A stretch of DNA of 64,000 nucleotides, from positions 33,710-97,709 of the forward strand of contig JAUSNB010000014.1 in the NCBI GenBank assembly GCA_030645615.1, written 5' to 3'. The stretch is from Actinomycetota bacterium (GTDB lineage: Bacteria; Actinomycetota; Actinomycetes; S36-B12). The notes beneath the pieces are model-generated. The model searched no databases and was not told where the DNA came from. It was given only the letters and a program-made list of their open reading frames with translations. This document shows, one piece after another, positions 57,921-64,000 of this stretch (its first letter is position 1; each line of letters starts with the position of its first letter). The translations under genes and the position numbers were made by a program.

Positions 57921-58487
57921 TCAGACCTCGAGCAGTTCTGCTTCTTTGTGCTTCAGCACCTCGTCGATGTTCTCGACCGCCTTATGGGTGGCGTCGTCGA
58001 GGTGCTTCTCCGCGCGGCGAACGTCGTCCTCCCCGGCCTCGCCGTCCTTCTGCATCCTGTCGAGTGAATCCTTGGCATGCCGGCGGATGTTGCGGATCGA
58101 GACGCGGGCATCCTCCGCCTTGTGCTTCGCCATCTTGATGTACTCCCGGCGCCGCTCTTCGGTCAGCTGCGGGAGGTTCACCCGGATGACGATGCCATCG
58201 TTCGTCGGATTGACGCCGAGATCGCTGTCTCGCAGGGCCTTCTCGATGGCCGTGAACGCGCCCTTGTCGTAGGGCGTGATGAGCACCGAGCGCGGCTCGG
58301 GAATCTGGAACTGGGCCAACTGGTTGATGGGCGTGGGCGCGCCGTAGTAGTCCACCATGACCTTGCTGAACATGGCCGACGTGGCGCGTCCGGTGCGGAT
58401 CGTGGAGAAGTCCTCACGGGCGACGGCGATGGCCTTGTCCATCTTCTCCTCGGCCTCGAGGAGGATCAGGTCGATCTGCTCGCTCAC
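57921..58487 (-). CDS. frr: Ribosome recycling factor
   Basis: [24 protein letters not shown]. Confidence 0.98.
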   Translation of the reverse strand: MSEQIDLILLEAEEKMDKAIAVAREDFSTIRTGRATSAMFSKVMVDYYGAPTPINQLAQFQIPEPRSVLITPYDKGAFTAIEKALRDSDLGVNPTNDGIVIRVNLPQLTEERRREYIKMAKHKAEDARVSIRNIRRHAKDSLDRMQKDGEAGEDDVRRAEKHLDDATHKAVENIDEVLKHKEAELLEV

Positions 58488-58512
58488 AACATCTCCCGTG
58501 CGTCTGGGTTGC

Positions 58513-59334
<822 letters not shown>

Positions 59335-59372
59335 CTACGGGCGGCGGGTCATGCGCTCCGAGACTATGCCGC

Positions 59373-60191
59373 CTACGACTGGCCCGGTTCGAATCTGGCG
59401 AACGCCGTCACGGACGTTCCCGCGTCGGCCAGGACCTGCGCCACGCTCTTCTTGTTGTCCACGACACTGGGCTGCTCGAGCAGGACGGTGTCCTTGAAGA
59501 AGGCGTTCACGCGGCCCTCGACGATCTTCGGCATGGCCGCCTCCGGCTTGCCCTCCTCCTTGGCGGTGGCCTCGGCGATGTGCCGCTCGTTCGCGACGAT
59601 CTCGGCCGGGACCTCCTCGCGGGTCAGGTACTGCGGTCGCATGGCGGCGACCTGCATGGCTGCGCCGCGGGCGGCATCCTCGGATCCCTCGTACGCAACG
59701 ATGACGCCCACCTGCGGGGGCAAGTCGGACGCACGCCGGTGCAGGTACAGCGCAACCGCTCCGTCGAGGACGGCCACGCGGCCGAGCTCGATCTTCTCCC
59801 CGATCACCCCGGACATCTCGGCGATGGCGCCCGACACCGTGCGGCCATCAGCCAAGCTGGCGGCGAGCAGCGCATCGCGGTCGCCCACCTCGCCGGCCTG
59901 CGCCGCCTCGGCGATCGCGTCGGCTAGGGCGAGGAACTCGGCATTCTTGGCCACGAAGTCGGTCTCGCACAGCAGCTCGATGAGGGCATTGCCTGCAGCG
60001 GCGACCAGGCCGTTGGATGCCTCGCGCTCGGCACCGCGCTTGGCGGCCTTGGCGGCGCCGGAGATGCGCAGCAACTCCACGGCCTTGTCGAAGTCGCCGT
60101 CGGTCTCCTCGAGGGCCTTCTTGCATTCCATCATTCCCGCGGACGTGAGGTCGCGCAGCTTCTTGACGTCAGCGGCGGTGATAGTCGCCAT
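59373..60191 (-). CDS. tsf: Translation elongation factor Ts
   Basis: [34 protein letters not shown]. Confidence 0.98.
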   Translation of the reverse strand: MATITAADVKKLRDLTSAGMMECKKALEETDGDFDKAVELLRISGAAKAAKRGAEREASNGLVAAAGNALIELLCETDFVAKNAEFLALADAIAEAAQAGEVGDRDALLAASLADGRTVSGAIAEMSGVIGEKIELGRVAVLDGAVALYLHRRASDLPPQVGVIVAYEGSEDAARGAAMQVAAMRPQYLTREEVPAEIVANERHIAEATAKEEGKPEAAMPKIVEGRVNAFFKDTVLLEQPSVVDNKKSVAQVLADAGTSVTAFARFEPGQS

Positions 60192-60249
60192 GGTCTTCCC
60201 ATCCTCCAGTGAACGTACGTGGGTTGGTGTGCGGGCAAGCGGCTGCCGG

Positions 60250-60275
60250 GACGCGGGGGCCGTGGCCCCCGCGTC
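60250..60275 (-). terminator. GC hairpin between rpsB and tsf (attenuator or stabiliser)
   Basis: GACGCGGGGGC / GCCCCCGCGTC 11-bp stem, 4-nt loop; no U-tract. Confidence 0.5.
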
Positions 60276-60284
60276 GCCGCGTGG

Positions 60285-61145
60285 TTACTCGGCTGCGGGC
60301 ACCTCGACGGCGGGCACCTCGGCGTCGGTCGCCACTGCCTCGACGGCGGCTTCCGCCGCCACCGGGTCCGCCACCGGGTCGGCCGTGCCGACCAGGAGCT
60401 CGCGCTCCCACTCGGCCAGCGGCTCCTCGGCCACCGCACCCGCGGCAGCGCCGCCGGCTCGCGCGACCAGGCCCTCGGCAACCGCGTCGGCGATGACACG
60501 AGTGAGCAGAGCGACGGAACGGATCGCGTCGTCGTTGCCCGGGATCGGGAAGTCCACCTCGTCGGGGTCGCAGTTCGTGTCCAGGACCGCGATGACCGGG
60601 ATGCCCAGCTTGCGAGCCTCGCCGACGGCGATGTGCTCCTTCTTCGTGTCGACGATCCACACCGCGCTGGGAATCTTGCTCATGTCCCGGATGCCGCCGA
60701 GCGTCTTCTCCAGCTTGTCCTTCTCGCGACGCAGAACCAGGAGCTCCTTCTTGGTCATGCCCGAGCCGGCGACATCGTCGAAGTTGATCTCCTCGAGCTC
60801 CTTGAGCCGCTGGAGCCTCTTGTGCACGGTCTGGAAGTTGGTCAGCATCCCGCCCAGCCAGCGCTGGTTCACGTAGGGCATGCCGACTCGGGTCGCCTGC
60901 TCGGCGATCGCCTCTTGGCCCTGCTTCTTGGTGCCGATGAACATGACCGAGCCGCCCCGGGCCACCGTCTCGCGCACGTACTCGTAGGCGCGATCGATGA
61001 AGGACAGCGACTGCTGCAGGTCGATGATGTAGATGCCGTTGCGCTCAGTGAAGATGAAGCGCTTCATCTTGGGGTTCCATCGGCGGGTCTGGTGCCCGAA
61101 ATGGACCCCGCTCTCGAGCAATTGGCGCATGGTCACGACGGCCAT
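60285..61145 (-). CDS. rpsB: 30S ribosomal protein S2
   Basis: [43 protein letters not shown]; ATG 61145 with GAGGAG. Confidence 0.99.
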   Translation of the reverse strand: MAVVTMRQLLESGVHFGHQTRRWNPKMKRFIFTERNGIYIIDLQQSLSFIDRAYEYVRETVARGGSVMFIGTKKQGQEAIAEQATRVGMPYVNQRWLGGMLTNFQTVHKRLQRLKELEEINFDDVAGSGMTKKELLVLRREKDKLEKTLGGIRDMSKIPSAVWIVDTKKEHIAVGEARKLGIPVIAVLDTNCDPDEVDFPIPGNDDAIRSVALLTRVIADAVAEGLVARAGGAAAGAVAEEPLAEWERELLVGTADPVADPVAAEAAVEAVATDAEVPAVEVPAAE

Positions 61146-61352
61146 GGATGCACTCCTCTTTCGCGGCGGCCCGTGGGGCCGTCGCCTGTCGGTTGTCGGC
61201 GCCGGACGGCCGTCCGGAGCCCCTGACGGTCCCCGCCTGCTGCTGCCCGCCGAGGCGGAACCGACCAGCGTGCGCCGCGGGCCTCGCGCCCGCGTCATGG
61301 ACCGTGCGAATTCCCTTCGAGCCGAGTCGGCCCTCAGGGTTGCCTCATTCTA
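61146..61352 (-). promoter_or_regulatory. rpsB promoter (-10 TAGAAT) and long 5' leader (probable S2 autoregulatory RNA)
   Basis: TAGAAT at 61352-61347 implies a ~195-nt GC-rich leader; S2 leaders are established in other bacteria; structure not verified here. Confidence 0.55.
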
Positions 61353-61461
61353 CGCAGCCCGCAGCCGTGCTCCGTCCACAGGGCCGGGGCGGTCCCGGCC
61401 CGGCAGCCACCGGGCAGCGCCGGGGGTCGTGCCAGGCGCCCGGGCCCGGCACGGTACCGGC

Positions 61462-61986
61462 ATGGGGATCCTGATGGCGGGGGGCGGGGCCGTGGCCGTG
61501 GCCGCAGCCGTGTCCCTGGGCGGTCCCGGCCCGGCCGCCTGGCCGGTTGAGCCCGCGGGCGTGGTCCGCCCCTTCGACCCGCCGGCCGCGACGTGGCTGG
61601 CCGGCCACCGAGGCCTGGATCTAGCCGCCGCGCCGGCCGCGCCGGTTCGCGCGATGCTGGCCGGGACCGTCCGGTTTGCCGGCGAGGTGGCCGGCAAGCC
61701 CGTGGTCGTGGTGTCCCACCCCTCGGGCCTGCGCTCGACCTACGAGCCGGTGCTGGCGTCGGTGCGTGTGGGGACTGACGTGGCTACCGGCCAGCAGATC
61801 GGCCGACTCGCCGTGAGCGGCGGCCATTGTGGCGGCCTCGTGGGCTGCCTGCATGTCGGCCTGCGGGCCGGCGACACCTATCTCGATCCGCTCCGACTGC
61901 TCCGGCCACCGTCCATCGTGCTCAAGCCGGTGGGCGCTCCTCGTGCTCCCCGGCCCGCGGGTGTGCCTGAACGAAGGTCGCCCTGA
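61462..61986 (+). CDS. M23 family metallopeptidase
   Basis: WP...VVRPFDPP, AGHRGLDL, RSTYEPV, CLHVGLR..YLDPL; divergent from rpsB; CACGGT-N6-ATG. Confidence 0.88.
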   Translation: MGILMAGGGAVAVAAAVSLGGPGPAAWPVEPAGVVRPFDPPAATWLAGHRGLDLAAAPAAPVRAMLAGTVRFAGEVAGKPVVVVSHPSGLRSTYEPVLASVRVGTDVATGQQIGRLAVSGGHCGGLVGCLHVGLRAGDTYLDPLRLLRPPSIVLKPVGAPRAPRPAGVPERRSP

Positions 61987-62869
61987 GTCGTTCCACCGAA
62001 ACGTGCGTGTAGCGCTGGGTGGTGGCCAGGGAGGCGTGGCCCAGCAATTCCTGGACGGACCTCAGGTCGGCACCCCCGTCCAGAACGTGGGTGGCCGCCG
62101 TGTGGCGGAGCGCATGGGGCGCGACCTCGGGACCGCCGGCGCCCGCTGTCAACCGATGGACGACGAGGCGCACGGTACGTGGATCGATGCGGCGGCCCCG
62201 GACGCCGACGAAGACGGGCCCGGCCGGCGCGCCGGCCAGTTCGGCACGACGGGCCAGCCAGTCGCCGAGTGCCTCGTCCGCCGGTCTCCCGAACGGGACG
62301 GTGCGCTGCTTGTCCCCCTTGCCGGTGACCCGGACGGTCAGCCGGTGGCGGTCGACGTCGCCCACGTCGATCGCGCACAGCTCGGCGACCCGCATGCCGG
62401 TGGCGTACAGGAGCTCGACGATGGCCCGATCGCGCGCGGCCACGGCCGACCCGTCGTCAGAGGCCACCGCTGCGTGCCGCATGAGATCCGCAGCCTCGCC
62501 GGCGTCGAGGACGGTCGGCAGGGTCCGGGTGACCCGCGGGCTGGCCAGCCGCTCACCGGCATCGGTCGGGGCCAGGCCCCGGCGCAGGCACCAGCCAGTG
62601 AAGGCGCGGGCCGTGGCCGCTCGCCGGGCCACGGTCGCCCGGGCACGGCCATGCGCCCCCTGCAGGGCCAGCCAGCCGCGCAAGTGGGCCAGGGTCAAGT
62701 CCCCTGGATCGGCGGCACCCTGCTGCGCTGCGTAGGCGAGCAGGTCGGCCAGGTCCCCCGCGTAAGCGCGAACGGTATGGCGGCTGCGGCCCCGCTCGTC
62801 GCGCACATGCTCGATGAAGCCCGCGAAGGCATCGTCCAGCGCAGGCGGAAGCCCGGCCGGATACACCAT
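61922..62869 (-). CDS. xerC: Tyrosine recombinase XerC
   Basis: RDRAIVELLYATGMRVAEL, VTGKGDKQR, PHALRHTAATH, LLGH, TTQRYTHV; housekeeping dprA-xerC-rpsB context. Confidence 0.93.
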   Translation of the reverse strand: MVYPAGLPPALDDAFAGFIEHVRDERGRSRHTVRAYAGDLADLLAYAAQQGAADPGDLTLAHLRGWLALQGAHGRARATVARRAATARAFTGWCLRRGLAPTDAGERLASPRVTRTLPTVLDAGEAADLMRHAAVASDDGSAVAARDRAIVELLYATGMRVAELCAIDVGDVDRHRLTVRVTGKGDKQRTVPFGRPADEALGDWLARRAELAGAPAGPVFVGVRGRRIDPRTVRLVVHRLTAGAGGPEVAPHALRHTAATHVLDGGADLRSVQELLGHASLATTQRYTHVSVERLRATFVQAHPRAGEHEERPPA

Positions 62870-62890
62870 GGCCTCATGGTGTCAACCCGT

Positions 62891-64000
62891 TCAACGCTGG
62901 CCGGGCAGGCGCGCCAGCCGCCAGCCCCCTGCATCCGGCTTGACCCACCCGCCATCCTCGAGGATCGCCAAGGCCGCCCAGACCGAGGCAGCCGGGAGGG
63001 CCGCGGCTGCCACCAGCGCGCCTGGGCCGATCGGGCCACGGGTCGGCATGGCGTCGAGCACCCGTCGCTCGGCCTCGGAGAGCGCGTCCCGCCGCGACGG
63101 TGCCACCGCGTCCGTCGGCTGCAGGGCTGCTGCCTGGGCGAGGTCCAAGGCGGCGACCACATCCGTCGGGCAGCGGGCCAGCACCGCCTCCCGGTCCTGG
63201 ATCATGCGGTGGCAGCCGGCGGAGGCCGGGGAGTGGACCGGGCCGGGGACCGCGAGCACCGGTCGGTTCATCGCGTGGGCCGCCCGGGCGGTGGCGATGG
63301 TCCCGGACCGCTCGGCCGCCTCGACCACGACCGTCGCGCGGGTGAGTGCCGCGATGAGCCGGTTGCGCGACAGGAAGCGCTGCCGCCTCACCGGCTCCCC
63401 GGGCGGGGATTCGCTGGCCAACAGGCCTTCATCAGCAATCCGGGCGAGGAGCGCCTCGTGCGCCCGGGGATAGGCCACGTCGACGCCGCCGGCCAGGACG
63501 CACACGGTGGTCCCGCTGGCCGCGAGGGCTCCGCGATGCGCGGCGGCGTCGATGCCGAACGCTCCTCCGGACAGCACGCACCACTGAAGCTCCGCAAGCG
63601 CGGCCGCCCAGTCGCGGGCCACCTCCTGGCCATACGCGGTGCACGCGCGGGCCCCGACGATGGCCACGCTGCGCAGGGCCAGCAGGCGAAGGTCCGCCGC
63701 CCCGGCCACCCAGAGGGCGAACGGCGCCCGGTCGCCCAGATCGGCCAATTGGCCCGGCCACTCGCGGTCGGCCCGGGTGACGATGCGGGCCCCTGCGGCT
63801 CGGGCACGGTCATCGGCCGCCGTGCCGGGGACGGCTGCGTCGCTGGCCGCGAGTCGCGCCTGGAGGGCAGGGCCATGGGGCAGTCCGCTCGACCCGGACG
63901 TGAGCCGGTCGAGGGCCTCGACCGGCCCCCACCGGCGGCACAGCCGGGCCACCGCCGGATCGGCCGGCTCGGCGCAGTGGGCCCATGCGACGAGGGCTGC
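62891..64000 (-). CDS. dprA: DNA-processing protein DprA (5' end outside window)
   Basis: AIVGARACT.YG, SGGAFGIDAAAHRG, FLSRNRLIAAL, VVEAAERSG, C-terminal wHTH; frame open to 64000. Confidence 0.95.
   Translation of the reverse strand, partial: AALVAWAHCAEPADPAVARLCRRWGPVEALDRLTSGSSGLPHGPALQARLAASDAAVPGTAADDRARAAGARIVTRADREWPGQLADLGDRAPFALWVAGAADLRLLALRSVAIVGARACTAYGQEVARDWAAALAELQWCVLSGGAFGIDAAAHRGALAASGTTVCVLAGGVDVAYPRAHEALLARIADEGLLASESPPGEPVRRQRFLSRNRLIAALTRATVVVEAAERSGTIATARAAHAMNRPVLAVPGPVHSPASAGCHRMIQDREAVLARCPTDVVAALDLAQAAALQPTDAVAPSRRDALSEAERRVLDAMPTRGPIGPGALVAAAALPAASVWAALAILEDGGWVKPDAGGWRLARLPGQR

Noticed and set aside
61372-61383. DnaA-box-like CCGTCCACA upstream of M23
   Set aside because: Single degenerate copy with two mismatches; no cluster or origin context.
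61922-62869. Tyrosine recombinase as a phage or island integrase
   Set aside because: Size, motifs and dprA/rpsB context identify chromosomal XerC; no att sites or phage genes.

Overview
High-GC (roughly 70% by eye) Actinomycetota chromosome segment with no rRNA, tRNA, CRISPR, IS or prophage evidence. Two housekeeping blocks lie mostly on the minus strand. The right block is dprA-xerC-(M23)-rpsB-tsf-pyrH-frr-cdsA-rlmN. The left block is dxr-rseP-ispG-GNAT-(GH63-like)-proS-HAD-TSUP-(Tat lipoprotein/DUF4439)-rimP-nusA-ylxR-infB-rbfA-truB-ribF. Between them sits a ~36 kb amine/pyrimidine/acyl-CoA catabolic region. It contains gabT, two tandem unknown secreted proteins, a saccharopine-dehydrogenase-like gene plus agmatinase, a polyamine ABC transporter, two aminoaldehyde dehydrogenases and two FAD amine oxidoreductases. 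It also contains a MocR-divergent reductive pyrimidine catabolism operon with an LLM (putative F420) oxidoreductase, an Lrp/AsnC-aminotransferase module, and a GntR-controlled CoA-transferase/glutaryl-CoA dehydrogenase module. The most notable non-gene signals are a chain of three ATGA-coupled mini-ORFs directly upstream of infB (IF2) and a similar mini-ORF chain in the potD leader. Others are a repeated 16-bp operator palindrome (one copy inside the GntR gene's own coding tail), Lrp-like sites with 31-bp periodicity, and widespread leaderless promoters. Product calls are from motif recognition and synteny recall; no database searches were run.
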